A stretch of DNA of 63,868 nt, taken from Chloroflexi bacterium UBA5189 (lineage in GTDB: Bacteria; Chloroflexota; Limnocylindria; Limnocylindrales; CSP1-4). The stretch is from positions 9,809-73,676 of the forward strand of contig DHWF01000051.1 of NCBI GenBank assembly GCA_002413045.1, written 5' to 3'. Both the position numbers and the translations under genes were made by a program. Position 1 is the stretch's first letter. Each line of letters begins with the position of its first letter. The notes beneath the pieces are model-generated. The model worked only from the letters and a program-made list of their open reading frames with translations. It had not been told where the DNA came from and did not search any database. Below, piece by piece: positions 9,743 through 19,284 of the stretch.

Positions 9743-10345
9743 TCACGAGGCCCTGATGACCGGCGGGACGTGGTAGCTGCCGTCCAGGATGGCCGCGCCG
9801 GGCAGGTAGGCGCGGAGCATCAGCTTGAATCGGCCGCTCGGTGTCGCCAGCCAGTTCCCTGCCAGCCCCTTCGGTGCCTGCGACTGGAGCAGGATGTCGA
9901 CCGAACCATCCGGGTTCGTCATGAGTCCCGAATGATCATCCACGCTCGACCGACCGGTCGGACTGCTCACGATGTACCCGACGGTGTCCGTGGCGGTGAG
10001 CGACCAGAAGGCGTCATTCGGCGGGAGATGCCCTGCCGCGAAGTGCAGGCGGTACGTCTGCTCGCCACTGAGCTTCTTCCCTGCGCCGTCCACGCTCGTC
10101 GTCCAGTAGGCGGCCTCTTCGAACACGTTGACGACCGGCAGCGCCTTCTGCAATGCGGCCCGCACCAACAGTCCGTTGCCGGGCTGACCGGCCCTGCGGA
10201 TCGAACTCCAACCGTTGACGGTCGTCGTCTCCGCCCTCGCCACCGAATCCAGCAGCAGGATGGTCGTCAGGAACGCCAGGCTGGCACCGATGATCACGCC
10301 TTGGACGACACCGGAAGTCGCGACCCAGGAGAGGATGGCACTCAT
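9743..10345 (-). CDS. DUF1214 domain protein
   Basis: YRLHF...LPP.DAFWSLT, NPDGSVDI, NWL.TP.G.F.LMLRAYLP motifs. Confidence 0.88.
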   Translation of the reverse strand: MSAILSWVATSGVVQGVIIGASLAFLTTILLLDSVARAETTTVNGWSSIRRAGQPGNGLLVRAALQKALPVVNVFEEAAYWTTSVDGAGKKLSGEQTYRLHFAAGHLPPNDAFWSLTATDTVGYIVSSPTGRSSVDDHSGLMTNPDGSVDILLQSQAPKGLAGNWLATPSGRFKLMLRAYLPGAAILDGSYHVPPVIRAS

Positions 10346-10367
10346 CTCATGCTCGATCGGTGGGATG

Positions 10368-11729
10368 TCATGTGAGGGCTCGTCGCGCGTCTGCGAAGAG
10401 GCCGTTGAGGATGCGGGACGTGGAGGGGAAGGCGTGAATCGTGTCGGCGAGGATCTCGATCGGGATGCGGGCGCGGATGGCGAGGACGCACTCGTGGATC
10501 GCGGCGGAGGCGTCCGGGCAGGCTATCGCGGCGCCGACGAGGGTCTTCGAGGCGCGGTCGACGACGATCGTCACGTGGCCGCGCTTGGCCTGGACGCCGT
10601 AGCCGCGGGTCGAGGTCGCGAAGTCGGCGACGAACTCGATGGCATCGATGCCTGCGTCCTTCGCCTGCTCGAGGCTGACGCCGACGAACGCCGCCTCGGG
10701 ATCCGTGTACGAGGCGCGCGGGAGTGCTCGGTAATCCGGAACCACCGGGTCGCCGAGCGCCATGCGGACCGCGACCTCGCCCTGGTAGTGCGCCTGGTGC
10801 GTGTGCAGCTCGGGTCCGGCGGGGTCACCGATGATCCACAGCCCTTCGGCGACACGGAGCCGGCCGTCGTGCGGAAAGTGCGAGCGGCCGGTCATGTCGA
10901 CGCCGTAACACTCGAGCCCGAGGTCGTCGATCGGGAACTCGCGTCCGACCGCGAGGAGGATCGCGTGGCCCTCGGCGGTCGTGCCATCGGACAGGTCGAT
11001 CACGTGCGCGCCGTCCTTGCCGGCCCCGGCTCGCGCACGGATCGCCCGGGCGCCGAGCCGAACGACAACGCCGTCCTCGCGGAGCGCGTCGGTCACGGTC
11101 GCCGAGTTGCGCGGGTGGTCTGTCGGCATCAGACGGTCGCCCGACTGGACGATCGTCACCGGCACGCCGAAGCGGACGTAGGCCTGGGCGAGCTCGCAGC
11201 CGGTCGGGCCGCCACCGAGGACGAGGAGGCTCTTCGGCAGCTCGCGAGCGAGGGTCGCCTCGCGATTGGTCCAGACCTTGATGGCATCGAGACCCGGGAT
11301 CGGCGGGACCTTCGAGCTAGACCCGACGGCGATGACGACGTTCTTCGCCTCGAGGCGATGGGTGACGCCGTCGTGCCGAACGTCGACCGCTCCCCGCTTC
11401 ACGACCTCCGCCTCGCCCCGGTAGATGACCGCTCCGGCTTCCCGGAGTGGATCGACGTGGTTGGCGTCGTCCGGTTCCTCGGCGTCTGGCGGCCGATTGA
11501 TCATGTAGTCGCGTCGTTCCGACGTCTGTTTCCAGGACCAGGCGGCCGCGTTTTCGTGGTGGCGCTCCGCCGAGTTGAGGAGCGACTTCGACGGGATGCA
11601 GCCGATGTGCGGGCAGCTGCCCCCGAACCAGCGCCGATCGACGATGGCGACTGTCGCGTCGCGGTGACGTGCCTCGAACGCCGCCGATTCCCCGGCCGGG
11701 CCGGCGCCGATGATCACGAAGTCGAACAT
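10368..11729 (-). CDS. Class I pyridine nucleotide-disulfide oxidoreductase (Lpd/MerA-like family)
   Basis: IIGAGPAG FAD motif, GGSCPHIGCIPSK redox disulfide, VLGGGPTGCE NAD(P)H motif. Confidence 0.9.
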   Translation of the reverse strand: MFDFVIIGAGPAGESAAFEARHRDATVAIVDRRWFGGSCPHIGCIPSKSLLNSAERHHENAAAWSWKQTSERRDYMINRPPDAEEPDDANHVDPLREAGAVIYRGEAEVVKRGAVDVRHDGVTHRLEAKNVVIAVGSSSKVPPIPGLDAIKVWTNREATLARELPKSLLVLGGGPTGCELAQAYVRFGVPVTIVQSGDRLMPTDHPRNSATVTDALREDGVVVRLGARAIRARAGAGKDGAHVIDLSDGTTAEGHAILLAVGREFPIDDLGLECYGVDMTGRSHFPHDGRLRVAEGLWIIGDPAGPELHTHQAHYQGEVAVRMALGDPVVPDYRALPRASYTDPEAAFVGVSLEQAKDAGIDAIEFVADFATSTRGYGVQAKRGHVTIVVDRASKTLVGAAIACPDASAAIHECVLAIRARIPIEILADTIHAFPSTSRILNGLFADARRALT

Positions 11730-11730
11730 G

Positions 11731-12546
11731 TCACGCTGATTCTGCCGCACTGCGGCGCTGGCGCCATGCCTCGTACAAGAGGACCGCGGCGGCCGCGGAG
11801 ACATTGAGGCTGTCGGCCGCGCCGAGCATCGGCAGGCTTACGCCCTCGATGGCAGGGGAGTGCCACGCTTCCGAGAGCCCATCGGCCTCGCTGCCGAGCA
11901 CGATGGCGACCGCCCTGGTGAGGTCCGCGTCCACGTGCAACGCGGCCGCGTCCACGCGCGACGCGACGACCCGGATGCCGGCGCCGAGGAGCCAGTAGAT
12001 GACCTCGCGGGCCGTGCCCGTGGCGACCGGCATGCTGAAGATCGTGCCGATGCTGGCGCGGATCACGTTCGGGTTGAACAGGTCCGTGCCGCCGACCGCG
12101 ATGACGGCCGACGCGCCCACGGCATCGGCGGAGCGGAGAATCGCGCCCACGTTGCCGGGCTTCTCTACGTCCTCCGTAACGACGACCAGTGGGTTCGCAG
12201 GGAGCACGAGGTCCGCCAGGCGCGTCGACGGGGTCGACACGACGAGCACGATCCCGTCCGCTCGATCGCCATACGCGAGGCGCTCGAACGCCCGCTCGCT
12301 TAGGTCGACACGGACCCCCGCGGGCAGCCGATCGATGATCTCGACGGCGCGCGCGCCCTCATCCGAGTCGATCATCGATCGGCACACGAACGCCTCGACG
12401 ACCTCGACGCCCGCCTCGATGGCCCGCAGCGCTTCACGTGCCCCGTCGACGAGCGTCCGCCCCGCTGTCTCGCGGTCGCGACGCTCGCGCAGCGCAAGCG
12501 CAGCCCGGACTCTCGGGTTTGCCGGGCTGTCAATCACGATTGCCAC
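11731..12546 (-). CDS. TrmH/SpoU family RNA methyltransferase
   Basis: EKPGNVGAILRSADA, LGSEADGL, SLNVSAAAAV SPOUT motifs. Confidence 0.93.
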   Translation of the reverse strand: MAIVIDSPANPRVRAALALRERRDRETAGRTLVDGAREALRAIEAGVEVVEAFVCRSMIDSDEGARAVEIIDRLPAGVRVDLSERAFERLAYGDRADGIVLVVSTPSTRLADLVLPANPLVVVTEDVEKPGNVGAILRSADAVGASAVIAVGGTDLFNPNVIRASIGTIFSMPVATGTAREVIYWLLGAGIRVVASRVDAAALHVDADLTRAVAIVLGSEADGLSEAWHSPAIEGVSLPMLGAADSLNVSAAAAVLLYEAWRQRRSAAESA

Positions 12547-12671
12547 GTTGCAATCTTGGCCCTTCAGCGCACACGACGTCGACGCGCCAGCCCAGGCGGC
12601 ACGGGCCCTGCACCCGCCGCCCGAAGTTGCCTCCGCCCGCCGTCACCCGCCTTGCACCTCCCCGCCAGCTT

Positions 12672-12986
12672 CCATTTTGAGATGGTTCCATTCACGCGGA
12701 ACGATCGCGTTGATACCGCGAATCGGCCGGGAACCCAGCCGCGCAATCGAGCAATTCGCGGGATCCGGCGTCGTCCCTGTCGGAACAAGCAGAGGTGGAC
12801 GTCGAGGTCAGAGCGACGAACACGTCATTCCCACCGCCTGGCGAGGGATCTGAGCCCAGGGATGGCCACCGGAGAACCAGCTGCGTTCGCTTCGAACCCG
12901 ATGCCACGACGCGACATGCATCCCGCCGTCGACGAATCGAGCCAACCGCCGACCGTTCCGCTTCATTGGAACCATCTCGAAAAAGG
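12672..12986. mobile_element. Putative MITE-like non-coding element bounded by ~40-bp imperfect inverted repeats
   Basis: GAGATGGTTCCA (12679-12690) N5 GCGGAACG mirrored by CGTTCCGC N5 TGGAACCATCTC (12954-12978); no credible ORF inside. Confidence 0.6.
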
Positions 12987-13051
12987 CCATGGAGGACGAA
13001 CGTCCGCCGCACCTTGAGTGCGCCGAAGCCGCCGATCGCGAACGGCGCCTT

Positions 13052-13903
13052 CTAGCCCTCGATGCGGGCTGCCCAGCTGAGGTTCAGCTGGGCTCCGGAG
13101 GGCGCCGTCAGCGAGAGGGCTGCTGTCTCGATTGGGCGTTTGGGAAATGCCAACGCGAGCCGCCTCGCGAGTAGCGGCGCATCGGACGATTCGGAGTGGG
13201 CCGTGAGCAGCACGAAGGCGCCCGGTGCCGCGATCTCGCGACACGCCGCGAGCAGGTCCGGAAGGTCCGTCTCGAGACGCCACTCGTGGCCGCCGACGCG
13301 CCCGAACGCGGGCGGGTCGAGCACGATCCCGTCGTAGCGTCGGTCGCGGCGGGCCTCCCGCGCGGCGAACGACGTAGCGTCGTCGACGAGCCAGCGGATC
13401 GGGCGGTCGGCGAGGCTGGACAGCTCGGCGTTGTGGCGCGCCCAGGCCACCGCGGCCTTCGCGCCGTCCACGTGCGCCACGGCCGCTCCCGCGCGAGCAA
13501 GCACCAGCGTCGCCAGTCCCGTGTGCGCGAACAGGTTGAGCACCTGCGGTGGCGCGGCGGTCGCGGCCTCGGCGACCCGCGCGGCGACCTGCTGCTCCAG
13601 CCACGCGAGATTCGCGACGTGCTCCGGATACAGCCCAAGCCCGCCCGACGACGTGGGCCGCAGCTCCATCGTCAGCCCGGCGACCTCGATCGGCCATGGA
13701 TCGGCCGGCCACCATCGACCCGACCAACCCGGGCCGACATCGAACCGCAGATCCGAGTCTGCCCAGGCCTCCGGCGCCAGTCGAAACCCGTCGGCGCCGG
13801 GCGCCGGTCGATCGATCGTGAGCCCGCCGAATCGCTCGAGCCGCCGCCGGACACCCGCGTCCAGCAGCTCGTACCCGATCGCGGAATGTGCCGAATCGTC
13901 CAT
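13052..13903 (-). CDS. Class I SAM-dependent methyltransferase (RlmI/RlmK-like)
   Basis: VLNLFAHTG, VDGA, YDGIVLDPPAFG motifs. Confidence 0.9.
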   Translation of the reverse strand: MDDSAHSAIGYELLDAGVRRRLERFGGLTIDRPAPGADGFRLAPEAWADSDLRFDVGPGWSGRWWPADPWPIEVAGLTMELRPTSSGGLGLYPEHVANLAWLEQQVAARVAEAATAAPPQVLNLFAHTGLATLVLARAGAAVAHVDGAKAAVAWARHNAELSSLADRPIRWLVDDATSFAAREARRDRRYDGIVLDPPAFGRVGGHEWRLETDLPDLLAACREIAAPGAFVLLTAHSESSDAPLLARRLALAFPKRPIETAALSLTAPSGAQLNLSWAARIEG

Positions 13904-13922
13904 TGCTGCAATGATGGGGCCG

Positions 13923-15125
13923 ATGACGCGCATCCTCCTGTACACCGGCAAGGGCGGCGTGGGCAAGACCAGCATCGCCGCGGCGACCGCGCTGCTGAGC
14001 GCGCGCCGCGGCTACCGCACGATCGTCCTCTCGACGGACATCGCCCACAGCCTCGCCGACGCGTTCGACGTCCCGCTCGGCCCGGAGCCCACGGTCATCG
14101 AGAAGAACCTGTGGGGCCAGGAGCCGGACGTCTACCACAACATCGCGCGCTACTGGTCGACGATCCAGAAGTACATGGCCGAGCTGTTCAGCTGGCGCGG
14201 CCTCGACGCCGTCCTGGCCGAGGAGATGACCGTCCTCCCCGGCATGGACGAGCTCGGCAACCTGCTCTGGATCGCGGACCATGTCGAGTCGGGCGACTAC
14301 GACGTGATCGTCGTGGACGCGGCACCCACCGGCGAGACCCTGAGGCTGCTGTCGCTCCCCGAGGCGAGCCGCTGGTGGATCGAGCGGATCGCGCCGATCG
14401 GGCGGCGGGTCAGCCGGATCGGGCGGCCGATGCTCGAGCGGATGATCGGCGTCCCGATGCCGCGCGACGAGGTCTTCGCGGCCGCCGAGCGGCTGCTCAA
14501 TCGGCTCGACAAGGTCCACCGCTTGCTCGCGGACCCTGCGCAGTCGTCCGTGCGAATCGCGCTGGCGCTGGAGAAGCTGTCGATCGTCGAAGCACAGCGC
14601 TCGTTCACGTACTTCCACCTGTTCGGTTACCCGAGCGACCTCGTCGTCTGCAACCGCGTGCTGCCATCCGAGATGGCCGGCGACGGCTCGTTCGGCGGGC
14701 TGCGGGCGACCCAGCAGCGCTACCTGCCGGAAGTCGAGGCGCAGTACGCCCCCGTCCCGGTCCGGACCGTGCCCCAATTCGACCGCGAGATGATCGGCAC
14801 CGAACGGCTCGCGGAGATCGGGCGGGCCCTCTTCGGCGACGACGACCCGACGAGCTTCTTCTACCGCGGCCGCCCGTACCGAGTCGTCGCCGAGGGCGAC
14901 GAGCACGTCCTCGAGGTCCTGCTGCCGTTCACGTCGCGCGACGCGGTCCAGCTCACGCGCGACGGCGACGAACTCCTCTTGCAGGTCGACGGCCTACGTC
15001 GCACGATCGTCCTGCCGCGCGCGCTGGTGGACGCGCCGACGATGGGTGCGAAGATGGAGGACGGCGTCCTTCGGATCCGGTTCCAGGGAACGAAGTCAAC
15101 GAAGTCGTCGAAACGAGGAGGCTGA
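13923..15125 (+). CDS. ArsA/Get3 family ATPase with C-terminal alpha-crystallin-like domain
   Basis: GKGGVGKT, STDIAHSL, DAAPTGETLRLL; C-terminal LPF..R..VQL...GDELL...RR.I.LP...AK..DGVLRIRF. Confidence 0.92.
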   Translation: MTRILLYTGKGGVGKTSIAAATALLSARRGYRTIVLSTDIAHSLADAFDVPLGPEPTVIEKNLWGQEPDVYHNIARYWSTIQKYMAELFSWRGLDAVLAEEMTVLPGMDELGNLLWIADHVESGDYDVIVVDAAPTGETLRLLSLPEASRWWIERIAPIGRRVSRIGRPMLERMIGVPMPRDEVFAAAERLLNRLDKVHRLLADPAQSSVRIALALEKLSIVEAQRSFTYFHLFGYPSDLVVCNRVLPSEMAGDGSFGGLRATQQRYLPEVEAQYAPVPVRTVPQFDREMIGTERLAEIGRALFGDDDPTSFFYRGRPYRVVAEGDEHVLEVLLPFTSRDAVQLTRDGDELLLQVDGLRRTIVLPRALVDAPTMGAKMEDGVLRIRFQGTKSTKSSKRGG

Positions 15126-15128
15126 CCA

Positions 15129-15437
15129 GTGGCTGTCCCGAAGAGCGCCCCACGGACTCGGTCCTCGGCGGGCCTGCCCGATAGCGCTGCCGACATGCGC
15201 ATCGCCGAGCTCGAGCAACGCCTCGCCGCCCTCGAAGGTGGCCCCGGCCTGAAGGAGCGCGGCCGCCGGATGATGGATCGCGTGATGCCGCCGGAGGCCA
15301 CGAGCCACTTCTTCAATGCGGGCCGCGAGCAGCTCCTCGGCATCCGCGCCATCGTCGACTTCTGGCTCCGCCGCATCGACGAGGTGGAGTCGACCGTGAC
15401 CGCTGACCCCGGCCGGGAGACGATCGAGATCGACTGA
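15129..15437 (+). CDS. Small helical hypothetical protein coupled to the ArsA-like ATPase
   Basis: Starts 3 bp after ATPase stop with GAGGAGG RBS; coiled-coil start; HFFNAGREQLLGIRAIVD. Confidence 0.75.
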   Translation: MAVPKSAPRTRSSAGLPDSAADMRIAELEQRLAALEGGPGLKERGRRMMDRVMPPEATSHFFNAGREQLLGIRAIVDFWLRRIDEVESTVTADPGRETIEID

Positions 15438-15466
15438 CCGCGGCCGCGGCAGGCTCCGGCCCATCC

Positions 15467-18175
15467 ATGCCCACTCGCCAGATTCCCACGCGAGATCCGG
15501 CGCGCGCCGAACCGAGGAGCATCGGCACGTCGGGCACGAGCAACGTGCTCGGCCGGGAGGTGCGCCTCCTCGGGGCGCTGCTCGGCGAGGTGATCGTCGA
15601 GCAGGCCGGTCGGGACGTTTTCGAGCTCGTGGAAGCCACCCGGCTGCGAGCGATCGCGGCTCGTCGAAGCGGCGGTGATGCCCGGGTCGCGTTCGACGTC
15701 CTTCCGGTCGATGCCGAGACGCTCGAGGGCGTCGTTCGCGCCTTCGGCTTGTACTTCCAGCTCGTCAACCTCGCCGAGGCCCGCGACCGCGTCCGTCAGG
15801 CGGCGCGTCGGGCGCGAGCCACCTCGGGCGCGTCGGACGGCGAGAAGCTTCGCGCAGCCATCCGCCGGCTCGATGACCCCTCGGTGCTCAAGCGCCTGCA
15901 GGTCGCGCCGGTCCTGACCGCACACCCGACCGAGGCCCGTCGGAGGACCCTGCTGGTCGCGCTTCGCCGGGTCGCCGGGCTCCTTGCCCAGGCGGACGAT
16001 CCGCGCCTGACGCCCGCCGGCGATCGTGAGCTGCGCCGTCAGCTACGAGAGGAGATCGCCCTGCTGTGGAGGACTGGCGAGCTCCGGCGCCGGGTTCCGC
16101 GGCCGATCGACGAGGTCCGGACCGCCATGGTGGTTTTCGACGAGACGCTCTACCGGATCGCGCCCCGGCACTACCGCGTGCTTGGCGCCGTCGCGGCGGG
16201 CAAACGCACGCCACGCCTTCGTGATCTCCAGCCGCCGGTGGTGCCGCCCTTCCTCCGTTTCGGGTCGTGGATCGGCGGCGACCGCGACGGGCATCCGTTG
16301 GTCACGGCCGAGATCACTGCCGAAACGATCAGAATCCACGCCGACCATGTGCTCCGCGGCCACGAGGCAGTGGCGACCCGACTTTCGCAGACCCTCGCGG
16401 CCAAGATCCGGAATGCCGATGTGCCGCCCGCCCTCGTCGCACGACTCGCCGCGGATGCCAGGATGTTTCCAGTCCTCGCGCGGTCGTTGCTCGAGCGGTT
16501 CCCGGACGAGCCGTTCCGGCAGCGGCTGGGGTTCATTGCGCAACGGCTGCGGCGAACGCGGGCGCGCCTCGTTGCGCCGTCGCCCGGGGCCGGCGAGGCG
16601 ACTTCGGGGTACACGAGTGCCGCCGCATTCGTCGGAGAGCTCCGCGAGTTGCAAAGTGCGCTTGTGGAGGTGGGCCTGCCGCGGTCCGCGTGGGGCGAGG
16701 TCCAGGACTTCGTCTGGCAGGTTGAAACGTTCGGCTTTCACCTCGCGAACCTCGAGGTGCGGCAGCACGCGGCCGTGCACCGGCGAGCGCTCGCCGCCGA
16801 CGATCGAGGGGACGAGGCCGGCCCGCCTTCGCGCGCCGAGGTCCTCGAGACGTTCCGCGCGATCGAGCGTGTCCAGGCGGCGTTCGGCGGAGAGGCGATA
16901 TCGCGGTACGTGGTGTCGTTCACGGCCGGCGCGGCGGACGTCACCAACGTGCTCGACCTCGCGCGAGTGGCGAACGGGGGAGGGGAGCCGGGGCTCGACG
17001 TCGTGCCGCTGCTGGAGTCGTCCGAGGCGCTCGTCGGTGCCGGCGAGCTGCTCGAGACGTTGTTCCGAGACCCGCGTTATCGGTCACACCTGGCCGCGCG
17101 TGGCGACCGGCAGGAGGTGATGCTCGGCTACTCCGATTCGAACAAGGAGTCCGGCTACGTTGCCGCGAACTGGATGCTTCACCAGGCCGAGGCGGCGCTC
17201 GTCGAGGTCGCCCGGCGCCATGCAATCGAGCTCACGTTGTTCCACGGCCGCGGCGGTGCCATCGGGCGGGGCGGCGGCCAGGTCGAGCTCGCGGTCGCCG
17301 CGCAGCCGGCCGGTTCGGTCGACGGGCGGCTGAAGCTCACCGAGCAGGGCGAGGTCGTCTGGACGCGCTACGGCGATCCCGATCTCGCGCTCCAGCACCT
17401 CGAGGCGCTGACCGCGGCGGCGGTCGAGTCACTGGCCGCGCCCGACCCGGCCACGGCGCGGGACCCGAAGGCCGGCATCAGCGCGCTCGGGGCCCTCGCG
17501 GCCGATGCACGGCTCGCCTATCGCGCGCTCGTCTACGACGACCCGGATTTCGCCGGCTTCTTCACCCGCATGACCCCGATCCGCGAGATCTCGGGGCTCC
17601 AGCTCGGCTCGCGACCCGCGAGGCGCGGCCTGACCGCCGACCGGCAGCTCGCCATCGAGGATCTGCGGGCCATCCCGTGGGTCTTCGCCTGGTCGCAGGC
17701 GCGCGTGGAGTTGCCGGGTTGGTACGGACTCGGCACCGCATTGGAGAAATTCGAGGCACGCCTAGGGGGAGCGGCGCGCGTGTCTGCCCTGTACGAGGCG
17801 TGGCCCTTCTTCCGATCCCTCGTTGATCACGCCCGCCTCGCCGTCGGCAGAGCCGACATGGAGCTCGCGAGGGGCTACGCCTCGCTCGCAACGATGCCCG
17901 GCGACGCCGAACGATGGGACCGGATCGAGGCGGAGTTCGATCGGACCCGTCGATCGCTCGACCGCCTGCCGGGGCAGGGGACTGCTGGGTCGCCGGGCTC
18001 GGTCAGCCTGCGCGCGCCATATATCGACACGCTCTCGGTCGTGCAGCTCGGACTGCTCAGCACCCTGCGCGAACGCGAGGCGCGCGACCCCGACAACTCC
18101 ACATTGCCGGTGCTCCGATCCCTCATCGGGCTGACGATCAGCGGCCTGTCCGCCGCTCTGCAAGGGACCGGCTAA
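15467..18175 (+). CDS. ppc: Phosphoenolpyruvate carboxylase
   Basis: VLTAHPTE, GSWIGGDRDG, QEVMLGYSDSNKESG, FHGRGGAIGRGG, LRAIPWVFAWSQ motifs. Confidence 0.96.
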   Translation: MPTRQIPTRDPARAEPRSIGTSGTSNVLGREVRLLGALLGEVIVEQAGRDVFELVEATRLRAIAARRSGGDARVAFDVLPVDAETLEGVVRAFGLYFQLVNLAEARDRVRQAARRARATSGASDGEKLRAAIRRLDDPSVLKRLQVAPVLTAHPTEARRRTLLVALRRVAGLLAQADDPRLTPAGDRELRRQLREEIALLWRTGELRRRVPRPIDEVRTAMVVFDETLYRIAPRHYRVLGAVAAGKRTPRLRDLQPPVVPPFLRFGSWIGGDRDGHPLVTAEITAETIRIHADHVLRGHEAVATRLSQTLAAKIRNADVPPALVARLAADARMFPVLARSLLERFPDEPFRQRLGFIAQRLRRTRARLVAPSPGAGEATSGYTSAAAFVGELRELQSALVEVGLPRSAWGEVQDFVWQVETFGFHLANLEVRQHAAVHRRALAADDRGDEAGPPSRAEVLETFRAIERVQAAFGGEAISRYVVSFTAGAADVTNVLDLARVANGGGEPGLDVVPLLESSEALVGAGELLETLFRDPRYRSHLAARGDRQEVMLGYSDSNKESGYVAANWMLHQAEAALVEVARRHAIELTLFHGRGGAIGRGGGQVELAVAAQPAGSVDGRLKLTEQGEVVWTRYGDPDLALQHLEALTAAAVESLAAPDPATARDPKAGISALGALAADARLAYRALVYDDPDFAGFFTRMTPIREISGLQLGSRPARRGLTADRQLAIEDLRAIPWVFAWSQARVELPGWYGLGTALEKFEARLGGAARVSALYEAWPFFRSLVDHARLAVGRADMELARGYASLATMPGDAERWDRIEAEFDRTRRSLDRLPGQGTAGSPGSVSLRAPYIDTLSVVQLGLLSTLREREARDPDNSTLPVLRSLIGLTISGLSAALQGTG

Positions 18176-18362
18176 GCGCGATCATCGGTCGCCGCATCTG
18201 CCTCTTGTCACGGTTGCTCCGAATGTGCTCGAGGGGTCACCCCTTGATCTTCGACATGACGGCGCGTCATGACGGTCTTCGCCGCCCGGCGTAACAGGGA
18301 TCACGTCGAAGTTGGGCGGCGGCGCTGCCGACCCCGGCCCTGCGCCCAACAGGAGGTCCCTC

Positions 18363-18971
18363 GTGCTATCTCTTCTGCGACGAGCGATTGCGCTCACTCC
18401 GGGACCCCGACGCCGCCTTGCCCTTGCAGCGGCTGGTCTCGTTGGCCTTCTGCTTGCTGGCTGCGGAGCCACGACACTGACCCCGCCTCCATCGACAGCA
18501 CCGAATCCGGCCGCTTCCGTGACTCTTCCGCCAACGGCTGCGCCAACTCCGACGCCTGCGCCGACGTTCGCTGGCCTGTCCGTCGCCAATCTCATCGCGT
18601 CTGCGCGTCCCTCGGTTTCATCAAAGGAGATGCAAGCAGCCGTTGCCGCGGCCCTCGCGGCCGACACGAAGGGCCTGTGGTCTGCGTTTATGACGAGCAG
18701 TGCCACGACCTGCGGATCAGCCGAGACTGCAGTCGGTGAACGGGCTCAAAAGTGCGAGGATCTGATCAGCGCGCTCTATGGGCACTACTACGGCGACGCG
18801 GTGCATCAGGATTACGACTCGGCACTCACCGTGTACAGCTACGCGATCCATCAGCCGATCGGTTTCCTGGACTTTTCGGGAGCCGCGCCAACCGATTCGC
18901 TAGCCACCTTCAAGCAGGATCTCGACAACCTGCTCCTCGGAATCAACTGGAACAACAGCTCTGGTCAGTGA
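18363..18971 (+). CDS. Hypothetical lipoprotein with Pro/Thr linker and helical domain
   Basis: AGGAGG RBS before GTG; lipobox LAGC; PT-rich linker; Cys pair. Confidence 0.75.
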   Translation: MLSLLRRAIALTPGPRRRLALAAAGLVGLLLAGCGATTLTPPPSTAPNPAASVTLPPTAAPTPTPAPTFAGLSVANLIASARPSVSSKEMQAAVAAALAADTKGLWSAFMTSSATTCGSAETAVGERAQKCEDLISALYGHYYGDAVHQDYDSALTVYSYAIHQPIGFLDFSGAAPTDSLATFKQDLDNLLLGINWNNSSGQ

Positions 18972-19052
18972 ACGCGCGGAACCCACGTAACGACTGGTCG
19001 GCCGCCGGGCGGCGCAGTCGGACTAGGTTCGGACTCGTGGAGGACGTCGCGC

Positions 19053-19145
19053 ATGCATCAACCTCGGACCCTCGTGGCCACGCGTGCGACGGCCGTGCTG
19101 ACGTCGGCCTGCGCCACCCCACCCTCGGTGATTGCCTCACCGGGC
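19053..19145 (+). pseudogene. Truncated copy of the 5' end of the lipoprotein gene at 19711
   Basis: 31 codons align with 19711-19803 with 12 differences in 93 nt; then jumps to sequence matching ~20605 onward; Leu->Arg in the signal hydrophobic core. Confidence 0.85.
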
Positions 19146-19204
19146 GACTCTCGCCTTCGTCTGGCAAGCCAGTGCGGAGAGGGTGTCCGCGCTTCGGCCG
19201 GCGA

Positions 19205-19284
19205 TAGAATGCGCCGGCGGCGCACGGAACTCGCGTCGCACTGGGGCGGCTAGCTCAGTTGGTTAGAGCACTTGCTTGACATGC
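19205..19284 (+). repeat. Copy 1 of tRNA-Val -10 box, leader and 5' half (att-like fragment; tRNA part 19244-19284)
   Basis: TAGAAT, leader, then 41 nt identical to tRNA-Val 24760-24800; diverges right after anticodon loop TTGACAT-GC. Confidence 0.93.

Noticed and set aside
10368-11729. Mercuric reductase merA
   Set aside because: No C-terminal Cys-Cys, no NmerA domain and no mer operon.
13923-15125. Arsenic resistance ATPase arsA
   Set aside because: Single domain, lacks the metalloid-binding Cys set, and no arsB, arsC, arsD or arsR nearby.
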